Translations under genes and position numbers: made by a program
Assembly (NCBI GenBank): GCA_030649735.1
Contig: JAUSFL010000008.1
Coordinates: 85,141-149,140, forward strand
Reading direction: 5' to 3'
Source of the DNA: Candidatus Iainarchaeum sp.
Lineage (GTDB): Archaea; Iainarchaeota; Iainarchaeia; Iainarchaeales; UBA10191
Length of the DNA stretch: 64,000 nucleotides
Notes under the pieces: model-generated
Seen by the model: the letters and a program-made list of their open reading frames with translations, nothing else
What the model was told of the DNA's origin: nothing
Database searches by the model: none
Shown: one piece after another, positions 37,459-47,123 of the stretch
How positions within the stretch are numbered: position 1 is the first letter of the stretch
Layout: each line of letters opens with the position of its first letter

Positions 37459-39089
37459 TTGATTCCCTCAAAGTAATTTGTCGGGACTGGATAGTACTTT
37501 TTGTAGACTGGACTGCTTTCAAGAGCCTGGACATTGCGCTTGTATTTTGCGTTAGGGTCTTTTCCCTCATTTGCCTTGGACCATTCTTTCCAAGGCGTGC
37601 TGTACTGCTTTTGGATTTTGTCGCGGTAAATTTCAGGCAGCACATTAAAGCTGCAGAATGGGACAATGCGGCCGTCAGGCATTGAATAATGAATGTCGCA
37701 CCTTTGGACTCTTTCAATGTCGTAATTGTAAGGGTCCATGAAGTGCATCATTCCAATAAGCATGCTTTTCTCATGGATTCTGCCCAAAGTGTCAAAATTG
37801 TGCTTTATCAGCATGTCAAAAAGCATTTTTCCAAAGTCCAGATAGCTTGGCTGCTTGCTTTTGTCAATGAATTTTCCGACATTCAAAAGCAGTTTTCCCG
37901 CAACCACGGTCTTCAACCCGCCTCTTTCCAATTCTTCGCTTAATTCGTCCAATAATTCCATGAATCCTTCAACGTCAATGAACTTGGTTACTGGAATCAC
38001 TTTCTTTCCGTCCAAAAAAACATAGGTTGCGGCTCCGCATGCAAAATGCACTGACAAGTCGTATTGCTTTGTGCCAGTGAATGCCTCGACAAACCTTGTT
38101 ATTGAGTGAATGCAGGGAACAGTGTAAAAGTCGTCCTTGGTTATTTTTCCATTGGTTTGCTCTTCAATTAATTCAATCGCTTTCGGAATTGTAATCCTTC
38201 CTTTGTCTCTCTCTTTTTTTGGGATTCTTCCGACAAAACTGACTGGCTGAAAATTAATTCCCCTCACTGTCTTGATGTTGTTCAGCCCGAAATTGATTAT
38301 TTGCCCGATTTCTTGGTCGTTGATTCCTTTGATTAGCGTTGGCACTAGGACAACGCCCAATCTTGCCTTGCGGCATTCTTCCAAAGCATACGGGACTTCC
38401 CAATGGTTTTTTGGGTTTGTTTTCTTGGAAACCCCGTCAAAGCTCATGTAAACTGTTGAACAGCCAGCTTTTGCAACTTCTTTCGCAAGGCCTTTCTTGA
38501 ATCCAAGATTCATTCCAGTAGTGTTCAATTGCACTTGCTCAAAACCGTGCTTTTTGCAAAGCTTGATGATGTCAACCAAGTCATTGCGCAATGTAGGCTC
38601 GCCGCCAGTAAGCTGGACCGCGTTTGGGGAAATTGGCGCTTCCTTCCGCAAGTTTGCAAGCATTCTATCAATCAAGTCCAATGAAGGCTCGTAAATTGGC
38701 TCTCCTTCTTTTGCAAAGTAAAAGCAATACCAGCATGCAAGGTCGCACCTGTTTGTCAATGCAATGTTTGCCAGTCCAGTGTGGCTTTTGTGCGTTGAGC
38801 AAAGCCCGCAGTCAAAAGGGCAGCTGCTTCCGTCCTCTCCCACAAACTTTGCGTTAGGGTTTGAAATTTTTTTTGCAGGAGCCGCAAACTCTTTCATTCG
38901 CCTATAGTATTTCGCGTCTTCCCAGTAAACTTCCTTGAAAGTTCCATGCTTTGGGCATTTTCTTTGAATGAAGACTTTTCCATGGTCTTCAAAAACCACT
39001 GCTTTCAATACTCTCTTGCATTCTGGGCAAATGCTTAAAGTTTCATGCGGCAGTTCTGCGCCGTACTCTTTGCTTTCTTTTTCCGCCAT
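37455..39089 (-). CDS. tes: Radical SAM tetraether lipid synthase (Tes / GDGT-MAS / MJ0619) homolog
   Basis: CPEC...CPKHG, CPFDCGLC, TNRCDLACWYCF, NFQPVSFVGR, HFACG, MHFMDPYNYDIERVQRCDIHY..PDGRIVPFC. Confidence 0.85.
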   Translation of the reverse strand: MAEKESKEYGAELPHETLSICPECKRVLKAVVFEDHGKVFIQRKCPKHGTFKEVYWEDAKYYRRMKEFAAPAKKISNPNAKFVGEDGSSCPFDCGLCSTHKSHTGLANIALTNRCDLACWYCFYFAKEGEPIYEPSLDLIDRMLANLRKEAPISPNAVQLTGGEPTLRNDLVDIIKLCKKHGFEQVQLNTTGMNLGFKKGLAKEVAKAGCSTVYMSFDGVSKKTNPKNHWEVPYALEECRKARLGVVLVPTLIKGINDQEIGQIINFGLNNIKTVRGINFQPVSFVGRIPKKERDKGRITIPKAIELIEEQTNGKITKDDFYTVPCIHSITRFVEAFTGTKQYDLSVHFACGAATYVFLDGKKVIPVTKFIDVEGFMELLDELSEELERGGLKTVVAGKLLLNVGKFIDKSKQPSYLDFGKMLFDMLIKHNFDTLGRIHEKSMLIGMMHFMDPYNYDIERVQRCDIHYSMPDGRIVPFCSFNVLPEIYRDKIQKQYSTPWKEWSKANEGKDPNAKYKRNVQALESSPVYKKYYPVPTNYFEGIK

Positions 39090-39165
39090 TTAAAACCCGC
39101 AGCCAAAATTCAATTAGAAAAAGCTTAAAAAGCAAATTAATTATGTAGTGTTAATTTTGTTTTAG

Positions 39166-39239
39166 AGCCCTTGGAGGGATTTGAACCCTCAACCTACGGT
39201 TTACAAAACCGTTGCTCCACCAGGTTGAGCTACAAGGGC
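39166..39239 (-). tRNA. tRNA-Thr(TGT)
   Basis: GCCCTTG/CAAGGGC-T; ACGGT-TT TGT AA-ACCGT. Confidence 0.95.
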
Positions 39240-39294
39240 GTTGCTTAAAATGATTTTCTTAAATAATCATTTTAAACCAAAAGGGTTCTTTAAA

Positions 39295-39924
39295 ATGAGT
39301 GAAAGCTTTAAATGCGCGCGTTGTGCAAAATGCTGCCAGACTTACTGGATTACCTTGCTTCCTGAAGAAGCCAAAGGCCTTTCCAAATTCTTGAAAGTTC
39401 CTTCAGGAAAGTTCTTGAAAGAATACTGCGTTTTGTTCCTGCAGGCTTTTCCAATGCAAAAGCGGGATTTCTCAAACCCGCTGGTAATTTCAAGGAAAAA
39501 ATTTTCGGGAAAGATTGGCGCAAGGCTTTCAAGAAAGTCTTCAGCCGGTTTTTTCCTTTGCCTTCCAAGCATTGCGTTAAGGCGGGAAAAGAAAAACTGC
39601 ATAATGCTTTCCAGGCGCCTTGACTGCAAAGTCCATTCGAAAAGGCCGGGCCAGTGCCGCTTGTTTCCTTTAATCAGCTTGGATTCAAAAACAGACTTGA
39701 AGAAAGCATACTCTTTCTGCAAGGGCCTTAAAGGCCTTGAAAGCATTGACTTGCGCGAAAACTTGAAGCATTACAAGAAAGTGAAGGCGTATTTTGAAAG
39801 CGTGAAAAAAAAAGGCTTTCAGAAAGCCTGGAAGCAATTTCCAGAAAAGGGAGTATTGCTTTTGGATAAGGAAAAAATTTGCGGAATTTCACAAAAGGAA
39901 TTCTTCAGGCTTTTCGGGCCTTGA
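39295..39924 (+). CDS. YkgJ-family CxxCxxCC protein
   Basis: FKCARCAKCC...CKVHSKRPGQCRLFP. Confidence 0.8.
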   Translation: MSESFKCARCAKCCQTYWITLLPEEAKGLSKFLKVPSGKFLKEYCVLFLQAFPMQKRDFSNPLVISRKKFSGKIGARLSRKSSAGFFLCLPSIALRREKKNCIMLSRRLDCKVHSKRPGQCRLFPLISLDSKTDLKKAYSFCKGLKGLESIDLRENLKHYKKVKAYFESVKKKGFQKAWKQFPEKGVLLLDKEKICGISQKEFFRLFGP

Positions 39925-40519
39925 ATTCTTTAATGGCTTCCAAAAGCTCTGGGTCTATTAATTCCAGCTTTTCCTTGATTTCCGGAATGTTTGCTTCAGT
40001 GTCCTTGCACCCGTCCTTGAGCAATAAGACCGCCTGGTTTGGAATGCCCGCCATTGAAAGCTTGTCCATTCCCAAATGCACTTCAGCATTGCACGCGACT
40101 CCCACGACTGCCTTTGGCTTGTATTTTAAAACCAGTTTTTCAAGCATTGAGCCTCCAGGCACGCAAGCCACTCTCAAATAGCCCAAATCTTCCGCAAGTT
40201 TCTTGATTTTAGGCAGTTGGCAGCTGTTGCATTGCGAACATCCCTTAAAGTCTAGCCCGTCATCTGAATAATTGGACTTGCATTTGGTGCTGCTTCGCAG
40301 GCAATGCGGCAAAAAAAGCATTCTTTGGCTGTAAGGCACTTGCCTGAACCTGCTTTCATTCAATTTGTTCCTTAACTCAACGTGAGTGAACTCCACCATT
40401 CTTCCAGAAAGCCCTAAGTCTTTCGCGATTTTTGTGGCTATTGAGGCTGCGTTCTGGTGGCCTGTAACGTCAATCAGTGAAGCAATTTCTTGCCTGATTT
40501 TTTGGATTATTGAAGGCAT
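39905..40519 (-). CDS. DUF116-family protein
   Basis: LFLPHCLR..C, CSQCNSC, VPGGS, AVVGVAC, DGCKDT. Confidence 0.85.
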   Translation of the reverse strand: MPSIIQKIRQEIASLIDVTGHQNAASIATKIAKDLGLSGRMVEFTHVELRNKLNESRFRQVPYSQRMLFLPHCLRSSTKCKSNYSDDGLDFKGCSQCNSCQLPKIKKLAEDLGYLRVACVPGGSMLEKLVLKYKPKAVVGVACNAEVHLGMDKLSMAGIPNQAVLLLKDGCKDTEANIPEIKEKLELIDPELLEAIKEFKARKA

Positions 40520-40642
40520 GCTTTAACATACAATTTAATGAAGGCAAAAAATTAAAAAATGCCCTCGTCGAACCTATCCCTAAAAAGGTAATATGCCCTA
40601 CTTTTACTGGGTTTAAAGGTAAGCAAGTTGTGTTAGAAAGAG

Positions 40643-40666
40643 AAAAAATGGGGCGTTTTAAGCCCC
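40643..40666 (-). terminator. Hairpin plus T-tract after the LamG-like gene
   Basis: GGGGC-TTAAAAC-GCCCC-ATTTTTT on the minus strand. Confidence 0.55.
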
Positions 40667-40703
40667 TGACTGTTTAGTTTTGAATTTCTTGCTGTCAAAC
40701 TGC

Positions 40704-41717
40704 TTAATTTGGGAAGAATTCTCCGGGCATAACTATTCCTTTAGCTACTTGGATTTCATCAACTGCTCCATTAATTGATGGTACTACGTCGCATCCATAA
40801 CCGCTTGCTAAAAACTTCATTGAATTGTTTCCGCTAGTTCCGCCCAAGGGAGCGACAATACTTTCTTGGCTTACTCCATTTTGAAAGATTTCCCAAGTAT
40901 TTGAAGACTTAGTGAATTGAATTGTTAATTGAGTCCAAACATCTAAATCTGGTCTATTCCAAGTAATTGATGTAGAATCATTATCATTAACATAAAATTT
41001 CAGTTTGGCTGTATCGGCTGGTATTTTAATGTAAGCTCCATAATAGCCTGCGCCGCATTTAAAATCTCCAAATAAGTAAGTTTCTGACGTTGCATTGTGA
41101 AGTTTAAACCAGAAATTAATTGTAAAATCATCTGATTTTAAAGTGTCAAATCCTACTGGCGCACTAACGTAATAGCCAGAGCCTGCATTGTCATAACTTC
41201 CGTTGTATATTCCATTAGGATTCCATCCAGCTGAAGTAGTAACAAGCCCGTCATAAATTGAGGTTCCTTCTTGATTATCTGCAGTAGTTCCTTCTGTTTC
41301 ATTAAGCCCATACCAGTAAATGTAATTTATATTCGCGTCGATATTGGTACTGCAATCCCCGCCTTTCAACTTCAAAGCGCCATTAGCCACTGTAATGCAA
41401 TATGGTTGTCCAGTGACTTTATCAGCAATTGTTAAACCGTTTGCGATTGTAGCATAGCCGCTAACATTCAGGTTACTGATGCTTGCGTTGCCGCTAACGC
41501 TTGAATCTCCACTAACAGTAATCTGGTTTGTTGAAACAGTATTTGGGCTAATGTCTTTGCCGTCTACATTGTAGTCTTGAACGGGTAAGTTTGTTAAGCC
41601 AGAACCGTCACCATAGAATTTATTTGCAAAAACATTTCCGAAAACAGTAATATTGTCAGCAATCAAGTTTTTGAAAAAGTTGAATCCACTCCAGTTTAAA
41701 TCTCTTGTCAAAAAGTG
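40704..41717 (-). pseudogene. 3' part of a transposon-disrupted secreted LamG/concanavalin-like protein
   Basis: FYGDGSGLTNL, DDFTINFWFK, INGAVDEIQV; joins 47128-47281 in frame through the TSD. Confidence 0.8.
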
Positions 41718-41722
41718 GGCTT

Positions 41723-41780
41723 TGCCCAACAAGTCTGCCCATAAACCGACTTAATGGGCAGAATGAGGACTTTATGTGCA
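41723..41780. repeat. Left-end array of four 13-bp repeats
   Basis: 41723-41735 and 41736-41748 (reverse); 41748-41760 and 41768-41780 (forward). Confidence 0.85.
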
Positions 41781-41781
41781 G

Positions 41782-42315
41782 TTAATCATCTACTACTTTT
41801 TTTACTTCTGAATTTATTTTGCTTTTTGTTGATTCTCTGAATTTATCTATCTCAGATTCCCAACTCTTCCAGAAACGCTCATAATCGTCTAATGACTTAT
41901 ATTCTTGCTCTTCAAACTCTGCTTGTTGTTTAGCAAGCTCTTCCCAGTAATCATCAGAATAATGTGGTTCACTTGGGTCTTGGTCTTCTAATTTATGTAA
42001 TTCAATAATTTGATTTTTCAGGTGTTCTTTAATGATTTGAGGAATATATTGCCCATTAACTGAATTAAGAAAACTATTTAATTCAGTCTCAAAACGCCGT
42101 AATCCATCATTATTTAATGTGGCAAAAATATTTTCTAATTCTTGCAGTGCTTGTTTTCTATCCGCATAAGTTATTTGAAGCCTAACATTCCTTTCAGATT
42201 GGTTTAATGCCTTTTTATTTAAATAATAAGAGAATAGTAAAGATAACAAGGCGATGAAAAGACCAGAAATTATGCTAAATATGCTTATCCAATTTTCAGG
42301 TGTGAACTCTACCAT
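41782..42315 (-). CDS. Transposon cargo: single-TM acidic helical protein
   Basis: N-terminal TM followed by a coiled-coil-like region; start probably ATG 42315. Confidence 0.7.
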   Translation of the reverse strand: MVEFTPENWISIFSIISGLFIALLSLLFSYYLNKKALNQSERNVRLQITYADRKQALQELENIFATLNNDGLRRFETELNSFLNSVNGQYIPQIIKEHLKNQIIELHKLEDQDPSEPHYSDDYWEELAKQQAEFEEQEYKSLDDYERFWKSWESEIDKFRESTKSKINSEVKKVVDD

Positions 42316-42347
42316 ACTTACTTTTTGTGTGGTATTATTTAAAAGCC

Positions 42348-43529
42348 TCAACTTCTGAAATCCAAGCTAATGCCTAATTCATTAACTTCGTGAATCAGGC
42401 AGACTATGTTGTAGCATAGGACTTTGAGTAATAGCTCGTTTTTCTGGGCTATTGGCTTTCTGCTTTTCAGGCAATCATTGAACTTTGCTTTTAGTGAGTA
42501 AAAGCTTGTTTCAATGTTTGACCTTTTGTGATAGAATTGTCCAAATTCTTCCTTGTTGAATTGGAAGTAGTGGAACATTTTTTTCCAAGTTTGGCTTCCT
42601 TTAGAGTTTCCGCTTGCGTTGCTTCTGAATGGAATGTATGCTTTACCGCCTAATTCTTTGACAGTATCATAATTTGCTCTTGAACTGTAAGCTTTGTCTG
42701 CGCTTACTTCTTGCAGGCTAAATCCGTTGTCTGCGGTTTGTTGGATTAACGGAGCAAAATAAAGACTGTCGCCAGAGTTGTTTTCTGAAACTTGACAGGA
42801 TGTTATAGTGTTGGTTTTTGTTCCACAGACTGCATGAAGCTTAACCCATTGATGCGCTTTTTTAGTGTCATGCTTTTCTTTGCAGTAGTCGTTGAATTTT
42901 GTAGTGCGAAAGCCAGTGCTATCTACTGCAAAACTGGTTTCAACGCTTTTTAATGGAGCAGAACTTTCTGCAATCAAGCTTTCAAGCAAGGGCGTGAGTT
43001 CTGGCTCGTTAAAGTATTTGATTATAGTATTGTAGTGGTGGGTTTTGCTGATTAAGCCTTTTTCAAAAGCTTCCTTAATGTCAGTGTTAGCTCTCCGTGT
43101 GGAAAATTGAGTATAAACCTTCAAAGCGCAGCAGAAAGCCATTTCTCCAATGTTGGCTTTAGGTCTGCCAAAATTCGCTTCTTGCTCCGTATTTGTTAAG
43201 TCTTTCAAGAGCTTCAAAAATTGTTCTTTCTCTGAAGTTTGGCTTTTGTTGTAGGCAGACCATGCTTGAGGGTATGTCAATCGCTTGTTTTCCACTTTAA
43301 CCGAACCGTCCCTTTGTGTCGTAATCTTTTGCAGATAGTATTGGACTGCGAAAGCGTGCTTGCACTTATCAGTTGAACCTTTCTGGCAATCTGGACAAGT
43401 GCAAACGCCTTGCTTGTCCACAAAGTAAAATCTCTCGCTGTTTTGGGATTGAACCGCATAACCATCATCCATTTTCTTTATTGTTCTCGTTTGAGCAATT
43501 ACTCGCCCTTTCTGTTCTCGCAAATCCAT
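42348..43529 (-). CDS. SWIM Zn-finger + DDE transposase (IS4/IS5-like)
   Basis: CTCPD...CKH; AVDSTGF, WVKLH, SADKAYSS, YHKRSNIETSFYSLK. Confidence 0.9.
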   Translation of the reverse strand: MDLREQKGRVIAQTRTIKKMDDGYAVQSQNSERFYFVDKQGVCTCPDCQKGSTDKCKHAFAVQYYLQKITTQRDGSVKVENKRLTYPQAWSAYNKSQTSEKEQFLKLLKDLTNTEQEANFGRPKANIGEMAFCCALKVYTQFSTRRANTDIKEAFEKGLISKTHHYNTIIKYFNEPELTPLLESLIAESSAPLKSVETSFAVDSTGFRTTKFNDYCKEKHDTKKAHQWVKLHAVCGTKTNTITSCQVSENNSGDSLYFAPLIQQTADNGFSLQEVSADKAYSSRANYDTVKELGGKAYIPFRSNASGNSKGSQTWKKMFHYFQFNKEEFGQFYHKRSNIETSFYSLKAKFNDCLKSRKPIAQKNELLLKVLCYNIVCLIHEVNELGISLDFRS

Positions 43530-43558
43530 ACAACCACCCACCAAACCATTCAAAGTAT

Positions 43559-43628
43559 TATAGTATTACATAATACTATAAAGCAATAGTCTTTTAAATA
43601 CTACTGTAATTCTATACTACTGTAATAC
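43559..43628. promoter_or_regulatory. Divergent promoter region with candidate operators
   Basis: Palindrome TATAGTATTA-CA-TAATACTATA and tandem TACTACTGTAAT x2 between the transposase and RHH genes. Confidence 0.6.
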
Positions 43629-43629
43629 T

Positions 43630-43776
43630 ATGAAGCGTAAAACAACCAGTATTAAAGTAGACCCAGAATTCTGGAAACAAGTCAAGTCATATACTGCACT
43701 TAAAGGAATTGACATAAGCGACCTGCTTGAAGACTTGTTGAAAAAAGAGTTAGAAAAGGAGAAAAAAAAGCAATAA
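43630..43776 (+). CDS. Ribbon-helix-helix (CopG-like) regulator, 48 aa
   Basis: MKRKTTSIKVDPEFWKQVKSYTALKGIDISDLLEDLL; below the ORF-track length cutoff. Confidence 0.8.
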   Translation: MKRKTTSIKVDPEFWKQVKSYTALKGIDISDLLEDLLKKELEKEKKKQ

Positions 43777-43837
43777 CGAGCGGAAATGTCGCATAACACA
43801 TGTTTTAAAACCCAAAAAATTGATTTTGAGTGAAAAA

Positions 43838-45730
43838 ATGCCCAGAGCAAGAAATTCAGAAGTTGATGCTTATGCCTTCATAAAAGAACACTTGGCAATA
43901 CATGGGTGGGTTGTAAAGAATCCAAATAGAACAATGAATGGGCAAGTTTATACTCAAAACGAGTGTTTGGATAATCCCGAGATTGCTCGCTGCTTAGTGC
44001 GAGATAGACCAGAAAATATAGTCAAATTATCTGAAACTGAATATTATGTCATTGAGGCAAAAAGAAACAAAGAACAAATAACTCAAGCATTAACTGAAGC
44101 TGAAGATTACGCAAAAGCAGTAAATACAAGTAGGGCAATAAAAGCAAAAGTTATTTCTGGCGTAGCTGGTAATTCAACAGATGGTTTCTTAGTAAAAAGC
44201 AAATATTTTAAGAACGGCAGATTTAATCCAATTAAAATTAATGGTAAAGAAATTACAAGTTTTGTTTCTCCAGCAATAGCTAAATTACTATTAGAAAATG
44301 ATTCTAGTGAAATAGCCGACTTGCCAGTTGATGAGGTAGTATTTCTAAAGTCTGCTGAAGACATAAACAAAATATTGCATTTGGGGGCAATTAATAAAAA
44401 TTATCGTGCAAGAGTTATGGCTGCATTACTCTTAGCATTAATTGATGACACCCGTCCAAATGTAGATGCTTCCCCGAGAGTTTTAATAAATGAAATAAAT
44501 TCACGAGCCGAAAACATACTAATTAGGAATGGAAAGCCAGAATTTTTTGATTGCATAAAAATAGCACTTCCACCAAGCCAAGACAACCACATAAAATTCA
44601 AAAACTCACTAGTCCAAACAATTCAAGAGTTAGAAAATTTAAACATTCGCTCCGCAATGAATTCTGGAACAGATGTTCTTGGAAAGTTCTATGAAGTATT
44701 TCTAAAATACGGAAACGGAGCAAAAGAAATAGGAATAGTCCTCACACCAAGACATATCACTAGGTTCGCAGCAGACATATTTAACATAAAAAGTAGCGAC
44801 ATAGTTTTAGACCCTGCTTGTGGAACTGGCGGATTTTTGGTCGCTGCTTTTGACCAAGCTAAAAAAACAGCAACTCAATCAGAATTAGATTGGTTCAAAA
44901 ATAATGGATTATATGGGGTTGAACAAGAGCCTGAAGTTGCAGCATTGGCAATAGTAAACATGATTTTTAGAGGGGATGGAAAAAATAACATTATTGAAGG
45001 AAACTGTTTCCAAAAAACTTTGATAGCAAGAAATTTAAGTGGTAGATTAAGTGCAAAGTTTTACAATAATCCCGAACTTCCAGAAGTAAGAACTTCTGCT
45101 GCAACCAAAATTTTAATGAATCCACCATTTGCTCTTAAAAAAAGCGATGAAAAAGAGTACAAGTTTGTTCAACATGCATTAGACCAAATGCAAAATAATG
45201 GCTTACTTTTTTGTATTCTTCCCATTTCCACAATGGTAATTAGTGGGGAAGAAAAAAATTGGCGTTTGAATAAACTTCTACAAGAAAATACAATAATTTC
45301 AGTAATTTCTTTCCCACCAGAATTATTTTATCCGATAGGAGTTTATACATTAGGAATAATAATAAAAAAGGGGAATCCACACCCACCGAGCCAAAATGTT
45401 CTGTGGTTAAGAATAATGAAAGATGGATTTGTAAAGAAAAAAGGCAAAAGAGTTTTATCTGATTCAGAATCAAATGATTTTGTTAAATATAATAAGTTAA
45501 TTAAAGAATTTATTGCAAACCAAAATATAGAAGTAAAAACAATTCCAAGAGAATGTAAGGCAACACCAATAAATTTTGAAAGTGAAACTTTTGAGTTAGT
45601 TCCTGAAGTCTATATTGATGATGAAAAATTATCTTGCAGAAAGTTTGAGAAAGAATTAGAAGTGCGTTTAAGAGATTACCTCGCATATTTAATGAGAATT
45701 GATGCTGGTGAATTGAATGAAAATAATTGA
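43838..45730 (+). CDS. Fused restriction endonuclease / N6-adenine methyltransferase (Type IIB/IIG, BcgIA-like)
   Basis: PE...IEAKR nuclease-like motif; LTPRHI, VLDPACGTGGFL, MNPPF. Confidence 0.88.
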   Translation: MPRARNSEVDAYAFIKEHLAIHGWVVKNPNRTMNGQVYTQNECLDNPEIARCLVRDRPENIVKLSETEYYVIEAKRNKEQITQALTEAEDYAKAVNTSRAIKAKVISGVAGNSTDGFLVKSKYFKNGRFNPIKINGKEITSFVSPAIAKLLLENDSSEIADLPVDEVVFLKSAEDINKILHLGAINKNYRARVMAALLLALIDDTRPNVDASPRVLINEINSRAENILIRNGKPEFFDCIKIALPPSQDNHIKFKNSLVQTIQELENLNIRSAMNSGTDVLGKFYEVFLKYGNGAKEIGIVLTPRHITRFAADIFNIKSSDIVLDPACGTGGFLVAAFDQAKKTATQSELDWFKNNGLYGVEQEPEVAALAIVNMIFRGDGKNNIIEGNCFQKTLIARNLSGRLSAKFYNNPELPEVRTSAATKILMNPPFALKKSDEKEYKFVQHALDQMQNNGLLFCILPISTMVISGEEKNWRLNKLLQENTIISVISFPPELFYPIGVYTLGIIIKKGNPHPPSQNVLWLRIMKDGFVKKKGKRVLSDSESNDFVKYNKLIKEFIANQNIEVKTIPRECKATPINFESETFELVPEVYIDDEKLSCRKFEKELEVRLRDYLAYLMRIDAGELNENN

Positions 45731-46181
45731 CAAATTTAATATAGAGAAGGCAAAATCAAAGGCATTTGGAAATCACAAAATAGGAAACATTCCTTTTATT
45801 TCAAATGGTTTTGACAATAATGGTTTTGTAGGCTTTGTTAAACCACTCCAAAGTGAAAGAATATTTAATCAAGATGGAATTTGCATATCTGCTTTTTGCG
45901 AGGCAACAGTACAAAAAGCCCCATTTTTACCAAGAGGAAACGGTGGCAGTGGATTAACTGTATTAATTCCAAAAGAGAAAATGAATCAAGAGCAATTACA
46001 CGTTTATGCGGGTTTAATAAATACTCAAAGATGGAGATTTTCCTTTGGAAGAATGGTAATATCAGATAGATTATCTGAATTAGACCTTCCAAATATACCG
46101 AGAGAATTTGAGAATAATACTGTAAAGAAAATAGTAAATAAAATACTAAATTCCGCAATGAAACAAATAACTAAAATATAA
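45717..46181 (+). CDS. Half-size specificity (S) subunit with a single TRD
   Basis: GNIPFISNGFDNNGFVG...RWRFSFGR...LDLP; overlaps the R-M gene. Confidence 0.75.
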   Translation: MKIIDKFNIEKAKSKAFGNHKIGNIPFISNGFDNNGFVGFVKPLQSERIFNQDGICISAFCEATVQKAPFLPRGNGGSGLTVLIPKEKMNQEQLHVYAGLINTQRWRFSFGRMVISDRLSELDLPNIPREFENNTVKKIVNKILNSAMKQITKI

Positions 46182-46199
46182 CTAATTTTGAGAGAAATT

Positions 46200-46583
46200 A
46201 TGTTTTGGCTTGTTAATCATTCTTGGGAGTCTTTTAAGAGAACTCAAGAATATTGCGGTTTTATTTCTGAAAATGAGCGAAACAAAATAGCAATCGGCGA
46301 TAGCGTTGTTTATTTTGGTCAGGGCTTGGTTTTTGGATTGTTTGAAGCTATAAGCTTGCCAGAGAATGAGTTTAAAGGCTGGCAGAAACAGTATCCTTTT
46401 CAAGTCAAGCTAAAACCAATTTTACTGGCTAAAGGCGGTTTGAAAGCCAAAGTTTTAGAAAGTAAGATTTTATTGCAAAAAAGCGCAGGCAGTTCAGGAA
46501 ACCTTATTGAACTCTCCGAAAGCGAGTTCAACCAAATAACGCAAGCAATAGAAACAGGACGAAAAGAGCTGGTGTTTGAATGA
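46200..46583 (+). CDS. EVE/PUA-like domain protein
   Basis: MFWLV, KIAIGDSVVYF, VFGLFEA, W...YPFQVKLKP, ELSESEFNQI. Confidence 0.7.
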   Translation: MFWLVNHSWESFKRTQEYCGFISENERNKIAIGDSVVYFGQGLVFGLFEAISLPENEFKGWQKQYPFQVKLKPILLAKGGLKAKVLESKILLQKSAGSSGNLIELSESEFNQITQAIETGRKELVFE

Positions 46584-47074
46584 ATGATTTTATGCGGCAC
46601 AAATCTATTTATGAAAAAAAAGTTAGATTTATTGATGATTTTGTAGATAAATATATTAGAATCAGGCATAGCAAAAATTTTCCACATACAGCAATAGGTA
46701 TTGTAATAAAATTGCTTTTTCCAAAGTCATACAAAATTAACAAAGGGTGGTATAAAACTGCTTTTTATATCTCATCAAGAAAAAAAGATTTAGTGATAAA
46801 AATAGGCAGAACAAAAAACTTGAAACAAGATTGGAAAGCTTACCAAAAATTCCCTAAAGGAATTAGAAATAAATATTTCGCCAAAATTTATTGGCACTCT
46901 AAATATTGCTTACTTCAAAAATGGGGTAAAGCCGCAAAAATTAGCAATAAAGACCCCCGAATAATTAAATTAAAGGAAAAAGCGAGCTATTATGGCTTAA
47001 ATGATATAAAACCCGCAAATACGGCTTTCTTTGATGGAAAATTAAAAATTATAGACGCAAGCATAAAAAAATGA
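46580..47074 (+). CDS. Minimal protein-kinase-like protein
   Basis: KGWYKTAF (Gly-loop-like), LVIKIG (beta3 Lys), DIKPAN (catalytic loop), KIID. Confidence 0.7.
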   Translation: MNDFMRHKSIYEKKVRFIDDFVDKYIRIRHSKNFPHTAIGIVIKLLFPKSYKINKGWYKTAFYISSRKKDLVIKIGRTKNLKQDWKAYQKFPKGIRNKYFAKIYWHSKYCLLQKWGKAAKISNKDPRIIKLKEKASYYGLNDIKPANTAFFDGKLKIIDASIKK

Positions 47075-47123
47075 CTTTATGGGCAGACTTCTGACTTTGT
47101 GGGCAAAAACGACTTAATAGGCA
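47073..47123. repeat. Right-end array of three 13-bp direct repeats
   Basis: GACTTTATGGGCA 47073, GACTTTGTGGGCA 47093, GACTTAATAGGCA 47111. Confidence 0.88.

Noticed and set aside
40704-41732. ORF-track start MLGKAHFL as a real N-terminus
   Set aside because: The first codons come from the transposon end; the true 5' part is at 47128-47281
43786-43812. dif/attC-like sequence ATGTCGCATAACACATGTTTTAAAAC
   Set aside because: Only one arm resembles a Xer site; no second arm or partner site found
41723-47123. Short repeats as a CRISPR array
   Set aside because: Units are 13 bp with gaps of at most 7 bp, in mixed orientation at transposon ends; no cas genes
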